DNA of 48,021 nt, from positions 1 through 48,021 of IMG/VR virus record IMGVR_UViG_3300037721_000009, one strand, 5' to 3'. Source of the DNA: a virus. The translations under genes were made by a program, and so were the position numbers. This document shows, one piece after another, positions 14,799 to 22,122 of this stretch (position 1 is its first letter; the number at the start of each line of letters is the position of its first letter). Under the pieces are notes generated by a model. The model worked only from the letters and a program-made list of their open reading frames with translations, made no database searches and had not been told where the DNA came from.

Positions 14799-16031
14799 TT
14801 ATCTGCGGAGGCGGGCGGGGAGGAATACGCCGCCAGAAGCCTTAAGCTTCATGACGGGTTCAAGCGCGTAACGTATTGCGTCTATGTAGTGGTTCCAGTC
14901 GTCAACGATCACAGGGAGAATGTCGCCGGATAGGCGATCAACCTTGTACCCGTATTTCCTGAACTCTTCCTGCACCTTGACGCAGCGAGTATGAATGACC
15001 ACCTCCTGATAGCTCTTGATGTGTTCTACACCGTCCTCTACGCTGCCCTTTCCCTTGGTTGCACCTTCTATGCGAGATATCCCATGGCGCTTCAGGTAGC
15101 TGATAGATTCAGGTCGTGCGCAGTCTGCACGGACGGCATGCTCAGCGAACCCAGGAATGCGTTCATTGACGTATTGCGCCGTATCGTCAAGCTCCAGCCC
15201 TATGCGTCCAGCCTCGTACTCAATATAAAGCCTGTCTTCATAAATCCAGCACTTGACCGCCGCCGTAGGATCTTGGGCGAACCCGAAGTCGAGTCCGTTA
15301 TAAGGGCCATCCCAGTCAGAGCCTGGCTCAAAGTCCGCTATACGTGACTTTCCTGCGAAAACCTGCGCATCGGTACGGCTAAGGTAATCGCCCTCCCAAA
15401 TGTGAGCATAGGTCGCGCTATCCATGGTCTTCAGCGCGTGAAGTCGCTGTTCTTCAAGCTCAAGAGGGAACCACGGATTGTCTGAATAGTTCATTTCCAC
15501 GATGCAGGATCGCGGCGGGGTGTTCTTTACGAATCTAGTGTCGACAGGGCTTCCGTCTAGGCGAGGGTTCCAAATCAGCCAGATCTCTGATCCTGGCGCA
15601 CGGATGGTTGGCTCTAGAGCTTGCCATGATGCCTCAGGTACGTCCTCGGCCTCCTCTACGATGCACAGGTCGATCTGCGCAAGCGACTTGATAGAGCCTA
15701 TGTTGTGGCGCAATCCCTTGAAAAGAAACTCGGTCCCGTTCTTCCCTCGCAGATAGTCCACGCCAACATCATAAGCAGCCTCAAGCCACGGTTCTGACGC
15801 AATGGCGTTCTTTAGCTCAGCGTGGAATGACTCTTTGATCGACGCCTGAAGTTCGCGAGTACAGAGGATGCGTAGAGGCTCGATAACGCCCCATATAGCA
15901 GCCATTTTGGCGAATGTAAAACTCTTAGCTGACCCTCGGCCACCTCTTGCACCGCGATACCTAAGAGTTCCGCGTGGATGACTGAAAACCTCAACCATCT
16001 TGGGCGGCAGGCGTATTTTCGCCGTGCTCAT
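14799..16031 (-). CDS. terL: Terminase large subunit
   Basis: Track ORF of 410 aa. It has a Walker A-like motif (RGARGGRGSAKSF), a PBSX/Terminase_3-like organisation and an ATGA overlap with TerS. Confidence 0.88.
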   Translation of the reverse strand: MSTAKIRLPPKMVEVFSHPRGTLRYRGARGGRGSAKSFTFAKMAAIWGVIEPLRILCTRELQASIKESFHAELKNAIASEPWLEAAYDVGVDYLRGKNGTEFLFKGLRHNIGSIKSLAQIDLCIVEEAEDVPEASWQALEPTIRAPGSEIWLIWNPRLDGSPVDTRFVKNTPPRSCIVEMNYSDNPWFPLELEEQRLHALKTMDSATYAHIWEGDYLSRTDAQVFAGKSRIADFEPGSDWDGPYNGLDFGFAQDPTAAVKCWIYEDRLYIEYEAGRIGLELDDTAQYVNERIPGFAEHAVRADCARPESISYLKRHGISRIEGATKGKGSVEDGVEHIKSYQEVVIHTRCVKVQEEFRKYGYKVDRLSGDILPVIVDDWNHYIDAIRYALEPVMKLKASGGVFLPARLRR

Positions 16032-16489
16032 TCCTTGCCTGCTACTAACTCAATTCGTGTCGGCAGCATTGTTCCGTCGCTTGAGTGTTGGACCTCAGAC
16101 CGTTCAACTAGCCCAAGGTCGCGAATAATCAACGTCGAATTCATCAGCCCCGCAACCGCATTCTCGAACTTGTACTGCTTCATGCGGTCCTCGATCTCTT
16201 CGCACACAAAGTCGAACTCATCAGATACGCGATAGTTTGCCCAGGTTCCTCGCTGGATTTGCAGGTAGATGCACAGGCCGGTTATGGTCACGGCTCTAGG
16301 CTTCTGTACCTCTGCGGTGATGATCTGCCCTTGTGCGCAAAAATGCTTTTCCTCGATCAGCGGATTAGCCTCTGCCCACTCAAGGTATTTCATGCAGGCG
16401 TTGCGCAGGTCTTCAGGTGTTTCGAACAAGCGTGCGCGGCCACGTCGATCAGCCTTGTCGCCAGTGTGTGTAAGTGGTTGTCTAGCCAT
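16028..16489 (-). CDS. terS: Terminase small subunit
   Basis: Track ORF of 153 aa, directly upstream of and coupled to TerL. The N-terminus (..LFETPEDLRNACMKYLEWAEANPL..) resembles Terminase_2-type TerS. Confidence 0.65.
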   Translation of the reverse strand: MARQPLTHTGDKADRRGRARLFETPEDLRNACMKYLEWAEANPLIEEKHFCAQGQIITAEVQKPRAVTITGLCIYLQIQRGTWANYRVSDEFDFVCEEIEDRMKQYKFENAVAGLMNSTLIIRDLGLVERSEVQHSSDGTMLPTRIELVAGKE

Positions 16490-16496
16490 AAAAAAT

Positions 16497-16511
16497 CCTC
16501 CATGTAGGAGG
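16497..16511 (-). promoter_or_regulatory. 5-bp hairpin pairing the TerS SD (GGAGG) with an upstream CCUCC, followed by U6-AUG
   Basis: The minus strand reads ggCCTCCtacatGGAGGattttttATG, so the SD is the 3' arm of the stem. Confidence 0.3.
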
Positions 16512-16513
16512 CC

Positions 16514-16522
16514 ATTTTAGCA
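16514..16522 (-). promoter_or_regulatory. Extended -10 motif TGcTAAAAT (minus strand) between the holin and TerS genes
   Basis: The reverse complement of attttagca. The predicted start falls at or within the anti-SD arm of the hairpin. Confidence 0.45.
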
Positions 16523-16531
16523 CGTAGGTCA

Positions 16532-16843
16532 TTAGCCGGTTTTCTTGTCTAGCAGCCTGGCCATGTACTCTCGGAACTTGATGACGCCAATGAAGCCGAC
16601 GAATGTGCCGATGAACACGCCGGAGTTTTCTGGCAGACCGAAGTAACTAGATACCATAGACAGCCCAGTCGCCAAGCACGCACACAACGCACCCTCAAGG
16701 CCAACGCGCTGCCAGCTAGTCTCGGACTTATCGTAGTAAATCCGCAATACTGCGGTGATGATCGCGGCGCCGAACGCCTGTACAGGCCCCGGCAAGTTTG
16801 AAAGCAGGTTAAACCAGCCATTAGGGGAGTCGGGCATTTTCAT
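16532..16843 (-). CDS. Class I holin, lambda S-like, with Met1-Lys2-Met3 dual-start motif (103 aa)
   Basis: Track ORF 16532..16888 trimmed to ATG 16843. Product: MKMPDSPNGWFNLLSNLPGPVQAFGAAIITAVL...FVGFIGVIKFREYMARLLDKKTG. It has three hydrophobic segments and a basic C-terminus, the same plan as lambda S (MKMPEKHD...). Confidence 0.7.
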   Translation of the reverse strand: MKMPDSPNGWFNLLSNLPGPVQAFGAAIITAVLRIYYDKSETSWQRVGLEGALCACLATGLSMVSSYFGLPENSGVFIGTFVGFIGVIKFREYMARLLDKKTG

Positions 16844-16907
16844 ATTCACGCGTCTGAGGTTTAGGAATGTAAACGTTAGACAAATCATAGCACTTCTGGT
16901 GCCATGG

Positions 16908-17090
16908 CTAAATGGTGGCGTTATTTATCAGAAGGCATTCTGAGTAGTCGGCGTCAGACTCGTACTCAGCGCCGCAACCCATCATTATCTGGTAATTTCG
17001 CTCGGACCACTTGCCGTCAGCGTGGATTGTTTGATGCGGAGCTGAAGCGCATCCGGTAAGCAGCATAACGGCAATGAGAAGCAAGCGCAT
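16908..17090 (-). CDS. Small lipoprotein (60 aa; lipobox LLTG-C)
   Basis: Track ORF. Product: MRLLLIAVMLLTGCASAPHQ..., with SD gaggt 8 nt upstream. It is the first ORF of the late operon. Confidence 0.65.
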   Translation of the reverse strand: MRLLLIAVMLLTGCASAPHQTIHADGKWSERNYQIMMGCGAEYESDADYSECLLINNATI

Positions 17091-17140
17091 GGCAATTACC
17101 TCGGTGGGTTTTGCTTATTATGCGCTTATCTGTGGTCAAT

Positions 17141-17189
17141 AAAAAACCCCTCAGCGCACTATCAGGAACACTGAATCATACGAGAGGGG
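17141..17189 (-). terminator. Terminator-like structure (CCCCUC ... GAGGGG + U6) ~50 nt upstream of the first late gene
   Basis: The minus strand reads ggCCCCTC-(31 nt with inner TCAG/CTGA stem)-GAGGGGTTTTTT. Confidence 0.45.
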
Positions 17190-17460
17190 CCGTGTTTTGC
17201 AATGCTTCTAGAGCTACATCATTTCGTAGATCCGCTAGACTTGTACCGCTCTCTTGGTCGGCCCTTGAATCTAACGTCATGGCTGAACATGCTCGGCTAC
17301 TCGTCAGCGTCTTACTCCGCGTATGAACGTAAGATCCGCATTTCTCCGATACTAACCAATTACCGCCCAAGAGCATGACCTTTTTACAGGTTGGCGCAGT
17401 GCTATCTCTAGTCTCGGCCTCTGCATAATGCCGCCTTTCAGCTAGCTAACCACGGAACAG

Positions 17461-17469
17461 ATATTACCA
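17461..17469 (-). promoter_or_regulatory. Extended -10-like element TGgTAATAT (minus strand) in the early/late gap
   Basis: The reverse complement of atattacca. It lies ~75 nt downstream (minus direction) of the early-operon terminator. Confidence 0.35.
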
Positions 17470-17541
17470 CATTATCCCGGAACCATAATACCGAATAATC
17501 AAATATTTTGCGATTAGTCGGCAATCTATTTCCACCAGTCG

Positions 17542-17574
17542 AAAAAAAGCCCATCGGACGGAACACGATGGGCT
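17542..17574 (-). terminator. Intrinsic terminator ending the minus-strand early operon (AGCCCATCG-loop-CGATGGGCT + T7)
   Basis: 9-bp stem followed by TTTTTTT in the minus orientation, 86 nt past the stop of ORF 17660..17884. Confidence 0.75.
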
Positions 17575-17659
17575 AAAGGTGCAGCATCTCACCGGAGGGG
17601 GTAGCGAGATTAGAAGGCGCTAACGTAACGAGGCAGAGGATAGCGCGCTGTTGTGGTCA

Positions 17660-17884
17660 TTATGCCATAGGTTTGTACATCGGTGCGACTTTAATGCGCA
17701 ACTCAAGCTCTCGCTCTCTGTGCGCCCAATCGCTGATGAACGACTTCAGTTTGATTCGTGCCTGTGATCCCTTGAAAGATGCAAGCGTCTTGCCTAGGAA
17801 TCTCTCATACCGAGCAACGCCGATCTCGCTGAGAGTCATCATCGCCTCTGCGTTGATTTGGTCTAGGTCGTTGATTGTGGTCAT
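17660..17884 (-). CDS. Hypothetical protein (74 aa)
   Basis: Track ORF. It is the last gene of the early operon. Confidence 0.55.
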   Translation of the reverse strand: MTTINDLDQINAEAMMTLSEIGVARYERFLGKTLASFKGSQARIKLKSFISDWAHRERELELRIKVAPMYKPMA

Positions 17885-17886
17885 GG

Positions 17887-18078
17887 TCAGTACTCCAAAG
17901 CTAAAAGGTACTCGTGCTCGCAGTGTGGGCAGGTTGTTTCATAGCCTTCTACGCGATCAAGCGGATTTACGCTACTCTCCCGAAAGCTATCCAAGTCAAT
18001 AAGATCGAACTCGGCATTGCACGCTGGGCATTCGGTGTCAAGGCTGATCGACCAATACGCTACAGGTTTATCGCTCAC
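17887..18078 (-). CDS. Small Zn-ribbon protein (63 aa; CPAC...CPHC)
   Basis: Track ORF with an ATGA overlap to the upstream gene. Confidence 0.6.
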   Translation of the reverse strand: MSDKPVAYWSISLDTECPACNAEFDLIDLDSFRESSVNPLDRVEGYETTCPHCEHEYLLALEY

Positions 18079-18269
18079 TTCCTAGTCCTCCACCAATACC
18101 AAGCATCCTGAATGTAGCGATAGGGCCAGCACACGGTCCAGACGGCCCATGCTGCTAGCCATTCCCAGTATGGCGATTTGACTGGAAGCGAGTTGATTTT
18201 GTAGTGAAAAACTAACGGCCAGTAGGAGAAGAACCCTAAGCCCAGCCAAATTACTGCAAACGTGATCAT
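18075..18269 (-). CDS. Small Trp-rich membrane protein (64 aa)
   Basis: Track ORF 18075..18287 trimmed to ATG 18269 (ATGA overlap). It has two hydrophobic segments. Confidence 0.55.
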   Translation of the reverse strand: MITFAVIWLGLGFFSYWPLVFHYKINSLPVKSPYWEWLAAWAVWTVCWPYRYIQDAWYWWRTRK

Positions 18270-18484
18270 TTCAACTCTCCCAAGCAACGCTTAACGGCCA
18301 TACTCTGCAACCAATCAAGCTCATGCGGCTCGATTAGGGTTGTGTGTTTTACGATCTCCTGCGAGCAGGAAGTCCGACAATCCCATCCGATAAGCTCGCA
18401 GTCGCCATCTTTGTACACAATGAACTGACCCGCCTTGAATTCTGACGGATACCCATCTTTCCACTTCACCACGCACGGAACCAT
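18266..18484 (-). CDS. Hypothetical protein (72 aa)
   Basis: Track ORF, overlap-coupled. Confidence 0.55.
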   Translation of the reverse strand: MVPCVVKWKDGYPSEFKAGQFIVYKDGDCELIGWDCRTSCSQEIVKHTTLIEPHELDWLQSMAVKRCLGELK

Positions 18485-18804
18485 TAGCGAGACTCCATAT
18501 CAATAATGGACTGCGCAAACTTTTCAAGAAGGGCTCGTACCCCATCCTCTGCATCACCAAGAAGAATGCTGGAGCCACACTCCATTCCCGCTGGATACTC
18601 AACAGATCCATTTTCTGAAGCGCACTCTAAAATGTCTTCAATTGCGTCGTCGATCAACTCTTCTAACTCTGACTCTTTCCTGAATTCCTTCAGGCTCTCA
18701 CCATACCACTCCCAGTTGTCAACGCCTCCCGCTTCTAAAGCGGAAAGCTTTGCCTTTGCGCGCCGAAGCTCTTTAAGTTCTTTTGCACTGACCTGTACGT
18801 TCAT
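18484..18804 (-). CDS. Strongly acidic hypothetical protein (106 aa)
   Basis: Track ORF 18484..18819 trimmed to ATG 18804 (SD ggaggtgg). Hand count is about 25 D/E versus 12 K/R. It contains GVDNWEWY. Confidence 0.6.
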   Translation of the reverse strand: MNVQVSAKELKELRRAKAKLSALEAGGVDNWEWYGESLKEFRKESELEELIDDAIEDILECASENGSVEYPAGMECGSSILLGDAEDGVRALLEKFAQSIIDMESR

Positions 18805-18839
18805 TTTTACCACCTCCAATCATTCGAATTCTGAGAATA

Positions 18840-18860
18840 GACCCGCCTTTGTGGCGGGTC
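18840..18860 (-). terminator. Stem-loop GACCCGCC-tttgt-GGCGGGTC after the 491-aa gene (weak U-tract)
   Basis: 8-bp GC-rich stem 9 nt past the stop. The tail in the minus orientation is TATTCT. Confidence 0.4.
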
Positions 18861-18868
18861 AAGCATTA

Positions 18869-20344
18869 TCATCTGAAAAACTTGCCAGCAACGCAATGCA
18901 GAAGCGCCCTTTTCCCGTTTGCGTACACAATACAGTGCGTATGATGCCAGGATGACGGGGAATCCTCGTTGTAGCCTAGCTTCAGCTTGCTTGTTGTGCC
19001 CACCGTGTAGGCCCCGTCAATGATGGCCGGCGAGTGAGAGTGACCGGTCACTGTCTTGGCGCCAATGTTGGCGAATGCCTTGGTGCTGCCCCTTGCGCCA
19101 TTCGGCCCTTTGTGCCCATGGAACCCGCACTCGATACCATGCCGAGCAAACGATTCCCCTGGTCGCAGCCAGTGAATAGCCTCAGGCTTGCTCGCGATCT
19201 TGTCCATCCAGTACTTGAACGGGTCAAGGTACGACCCCTCATAGATCGAGCGCAACATTGCAGCCTTTGTCTCGTGATAGACCAGGGCGTTCTCAAGGTC
19301 TAGCGCGTTCTCGTACCTCGACAGGTATTGCGTGAAGTGTTCGTTGTGGTTCGAGCCAACCATGACGATCTCCGGCGCCCACATTGAGATGCGGTCGAGG
19401 ATCTTGGCCGTTACGTGCAGCTCCTTGAGAATACTGTTCTGCTGGGTTACGTGAAGCTTGAACCGCTCGAAGTAGCCGGCGTGGTGCGATGCCGACGAGA
19501 AGTCAAGCGCATCATGCAAGCAAACTGCTTTAGGGCTGAGAGCCACTGCAAGCGCTTCTGTGGCGTCTAATGCCTTGCTGTCTACCTGTCTGGCGTGCAG
19601 GTCACCCAAAACCAATACAGATGCATCAGGGGCAGCCTCAGCGCCATGTCGGGAGTATTTGGTAGTCAGATCTATGAACGAACCGTCTTTATCGCCCAAT
19701 ACATGCCGAAGGTGAGTGCCTTTCTTGTCAACCTCGACGATTACGGCGCCTAGAGTGTGGTGGAATGCGCCTTTGCGTCCGGCGTTAGTGTCCGAGTATT
19801 GAGGAACAGTACACGCACCTGTAGTCATCACCAGTTTGGCGTCATCACCCACCATCGTCGGCACTGATTGAAGCGCTACCTTCGTGTGAGCCAGGATTGC
19901 CGAGTCGGTGCCCGAGACAGTCAGCCAGCCTTGAAGTGGGTTAATCGCGGTTGGCTGGATCTTGATATCTGCCAGCAGAACCACATCCCGGCTTAGCTTC
20001 GTGCGCTCGCTTACCAAGTAAGGAGTCAGGCGAGAGTCCCACCACTCATCATCGCGGTTCTCGTCCTTGCGTGTAGGGTTACGGTAGCGCATAGGCATCA
20101 CGATCAGTCTAGCATCGTTAGCCGCGCAGTAGGTATGCAGCGACGCCAGGAATCCCGCATGTGCCTTTGTGGCATTCACTGCTGACGTAATTACGTATGT
20201 ATCTGCCTTGGCTTCCACTTGTACGACTGGCGCCATCTGAATGCGAGACTTCCACCGCCTAACCGTCCTTTCGTTAATCCCCAAATGATCAGCGCACTGC
20301 TGATTCGTGTATCCCTGGCTCATGCACCATTCTAGTTCTTGCAT
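18869..20344 (-). CDS. HTH domain + calcineurin-like metallophosphoesterase protein (491 aa)
   Basis: Track ORF. The N-terminal HTH is GYTNQQCADHLGINERTVRRWKSR. Metallophosphoesterase (MPE) motifs: GDLHA, GSNHNEH (GNHE-type), GHKGPNG, GHSHSP (GHxH). Confidence 0.7.
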   Translation of the reverse strand: MQELEWCMSQGYTNQQCADHLGINERTVRRWKSRIQMAPVVQVEAKADTYVITSAVNATKAHAGFLASLHTYCAANDARLIVMPMRYRNPTRKDENRDDEWWDSRLTPYLVSERTKLSRDVVLLADIKIQPTAINPLQGWLTVSGTDSAILAHTKVALQSVPTMVGDDAKLVMTTGACTVPQYSDTNAGRKGAFHHTLGAVIVEVDKKGTHLRHVLGDKDGSFIDLTTKYSRHGAEAAPDASVLVLGDLHARQVDSKALDATEALAVALSPKAVCLHDALDFSSASHHAGYFERFKLHVTQQNSILKELHVTAKILDRISMWAPEIVMVGSNHNEHFTQYLSRYENALDLENALVYHETKAAMLRSIYEGSYLDPFKYWMDKIASKPEAIHWLRPGESFARHGIECGFHGHKGPNGARGSTKAFANIGAKTVTGHSHSPAIIDGAYTVGTTSKLKLGYNEDSPSSWHHTHCIVYANGKRALLHCVAGKFFR

Positions 20345-20387
20345 GCTTTACCCTCTATTTCAACGTTCGCTGAAAATTCATTATGCA

Positions 20388-20411
20388 GTGAAAAGGCCCT
20401 GTGCGGGCCTT
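20388..20411 (-). terminator. Intrinsic terminator-like hairpin (AAGGCCC-tgtgc-GGGCCTT + TTTTCAC) upstream of the 491-aa gene
   Basis: 7-bp stem at 20393-20411, 7 nt past the stop of ORF 20418..20924. Confidence 0.5.
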
Positions 20412-20417
20412 GGGTTA

Positions 20418-20924
20418 TTATTCAATTGTAGCTGGCCGCGCCTCATACACAGCCCATACTTCCTTTTGGCCGTCAGTAATAAATCTGCTTGAGTAATCCA
20501 CGTCGTCGTGGTATCCGTTGCTTTTCTTGATGGCGAATTGATATTTCTTTTCTGGGCTTATCTTGAAATTAGCTACCATAAGATGACTTGCCCATTCAGG
20601 AGCATCATCCCAGCTAGGGATGCTTTCAACAATTACCTCTTGATTATCGCACTGCTCACTCAAAGCCTCAGCCTTAAGCGCCGAGTAAGCCACGCCATCC
20701 AGGGCCGAGTCGTGATGGTATCGATCAGGGTTCTGCCACTGCCGCACGTCTTTGAGCGTCTGCAAGAGAAGCCAGCCCTCAGCCTCTGACAGATCTCGAC
20801 CAGTAATAGCGTTGAAAGCCCGCACAGTCGCGCCCATAGAACGTTCTCCGCTAGGCTTATCGTACTGCTCGCCTCGTTCTTGCTGTACGTCCATGGCTGA
20901 CTGTAGGAATTCTGTTGATTTCAT
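20418..20924 (-). CDS. Hypothetical protein (168 aa); N-terminal region resembles the phage DUF6378 / dNTP-pyrophosphohydrolase-like domain
   Basis: Track ORF. Pattern: ..ERGEQYDKPSGERSMGATVRAFNAITGRDLSEAEGWLLLQTLKDVR...HHDSALDGVAY.. Family recalled from memory. Confidence 0.4.
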   Translation of the reverse strand: MKSTEFLQSAMDVQQERGEQYDKPSGERSMGATVRAFNAITGRDLSEAEGWLLLQTLKDVRQWQNPDRYHHDSALDGVAYSALKAEALSEQCDNQEVIVESIPSWDDAPEWASHLMVANFKISPEKKYQFAIKKSNGYHDDVDYSSRFITDGQKEVWAVYEARPATIE

Positions 20925-21214
20925 TGCGCATCTCCCTTTCTGTGAAATTTCTTGTCATACCAGTTGTAGAAATATTGGGCGGTCGTGATACCAATCGAAC
21001 CGCCGAATCCCGAGATTATCAGAAATGGAAGCGGCTGGATACTGGAATGTGCTACGGCCCAAATGTACGCAAACTGAGCTAGGGTGATCATCCAGCTCAC
21101 GACGAAACCCGATGCTATCTTGTCGTCACGCAGTAACTTGCTGTTTAGGCCAAGCAAGAAGACCTGAAAGAACGCCGACACGAATATGACGGCGCCCTGT
21201 ATTTCCTGTTCCAT
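20921..21214 (-). CDS. Small membrane protein, 3 predicted TM segments + basic C-terminus (97 aa)
   Basis: Track ORF with hydrophobic segments AVIFVSAFFQVFLLGL, GFVVSWMITLAQFAYIWAV and LPFLIISGFGGSIGITTAQYF. The C-terminus is KKFHRKGDAQ. Confidence 0.6.
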   Translation of the reverse strand: MEQEIQGAVIFVSAFFQVFLLGLNSKLLRDDKIASGFVVSWMITLAQFAYIWAVAHSSIQPLPFLIISGFGGSIGITTAQYFYNWYDKKFHRKGDAQ

Positions 21215-21216
21215 GG

Positions 21217-21399
21217 CTAGTCCTCAAGGTCATCGAGGTCGATTCCGCATTCCTCTTCGGCTAGTCTGTACAGAGCCCTCTCTTCACGAACGCCTAGCAC
21301 ACCGCGCTCGATTCGAGACTGAGCTACCCCGCTTCTGTTAGCAATCAGCGGCAGATTCCATCCCCGCGCCACCATCTCTGCAATCACCTGCTTAATCAT
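21217..21399 (-). CDS. Hypothetical protein (60 aa)
   Basis: Track ORF 21217..21546 trimmed to ATG 21399 (ATGA overlap with the upstream stop). Confidence 0.5.
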   Translation of the reverse strand: MIKQVIAEMVARGWNLPLIANRSGVAQSRIERGVLGVREERALYRLAEEECGIDLDDLED

Positions 21400-21692
21400 G
21401 CGTGTAGCTCCTGTTGTTGTTTTTCGTGGAGGGGGTCGGCCTCTGGTTTGATTGGTAGGAGGTATTTTGCTTGTGACAGACCTTGATTTCCAACAATGAC
21501 TCTCCGGCCGACAGTGTATCCAATTCCCTCGCCGCCGATTACCCAAAGATCACGAGCGGTGGGGCCATCAAATGCAATTTGACCACTTGGCACAAATCGT
21601 TCAAGTGTAACGATCTTTCCAACGTTAATTTCAACATTTCTGCACCCAATCACCAAAGCCAGCATCCCAGGCTGCAACTCGTTCATGACCAA
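21396..21692 (-). CDS. Hypothetical protein (98 aa)
   Basis: Track ORF. Confidence 0.55.
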   Translation of the reverse strand: MVMNELQPGMLALVIGCRNVEINVGKIVTLERFVPSGQIAFDGPTARDLWVIGGEGIGYTVGRRVIVGNQGLSQAKYLLPIKPEADPLHEKQQQELHA

Positions 21693-21904
21693 ACCCCTTG
21701 CTCTTGAAGAAAGTCTTCAACCGTAACCATATTCATCCACTCAAGCCGCTCGCATACATTTACGCACGCTAACCAGTATTCCATGCGCGCCTCATTCAGC
21801 GCAGACTTAGCCAGGCTGACGGCTGTAGGGTGTTCGATGTCCGCAGAAATATACGCAGCTTGTACGGAGTCTAGTGCTTCTTTGGCTTGTTTTACGGTTG
21901 GCAT
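21683..21904 (-). CDS. Hypothetical protein (73 aa)
   Basis: Track ORF 21683..21931 (GTG) trimmed to ATG 21904 with SD ggaga. Confidence 0.5.
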   Translation of the reverse strand: MPTVKQAKEALDSVQAAYISADIEHPTAVSLAKSALNEARMEYWLACVNVCERLEWMNMVTVEDFLQEQGVWS

Positions 21905-22122
21905 GGGCGCGTCTCCAAAGTATCTCTCCACTCTTCACATTTTTCGTGCGTATCTAAGGCTGTATCCCAATAACCATTTCCAAACACGCTTGGATGCCAG
22001 TAAGTACAATCATGTTCGCATCCGGATGAGGGCTTTTTCTCAAACCAGTTCCACTGGCCATCCAGATCTCTTGCTAGCCACTGCGCGTTCTTCGGCGCAT
22101 CCTTCCAATCCGGCTTATCCAT
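21892..22122 (-). CDS. Hypothetical Trp-rich protein (76 aa)
   Basis: Track ORF 21892..22125 trimmed to ATG 22122. Confidence 0.5.
   Translation of the reverse strand: MDKPDWKDAPKNAQWLARDLDGQWNWFEKKPSSGCEHDCTYWHPSVFGNGYWDTALDTHEKCEEWRDTLETRPCQP

Noticed and set aside
17111-17376. ORFs 17111..17326 (+, 71 aa) and 17176..17376 (-, 66 aa) in the early/late gap
   Set aside because: They have weak or absent SD and non-protein-like composition, and the minus ORF ends inside the terminator-like hairpin. I kept the region as non-coding leader, but the 66-aa ORF cannot be excluded without translation data.
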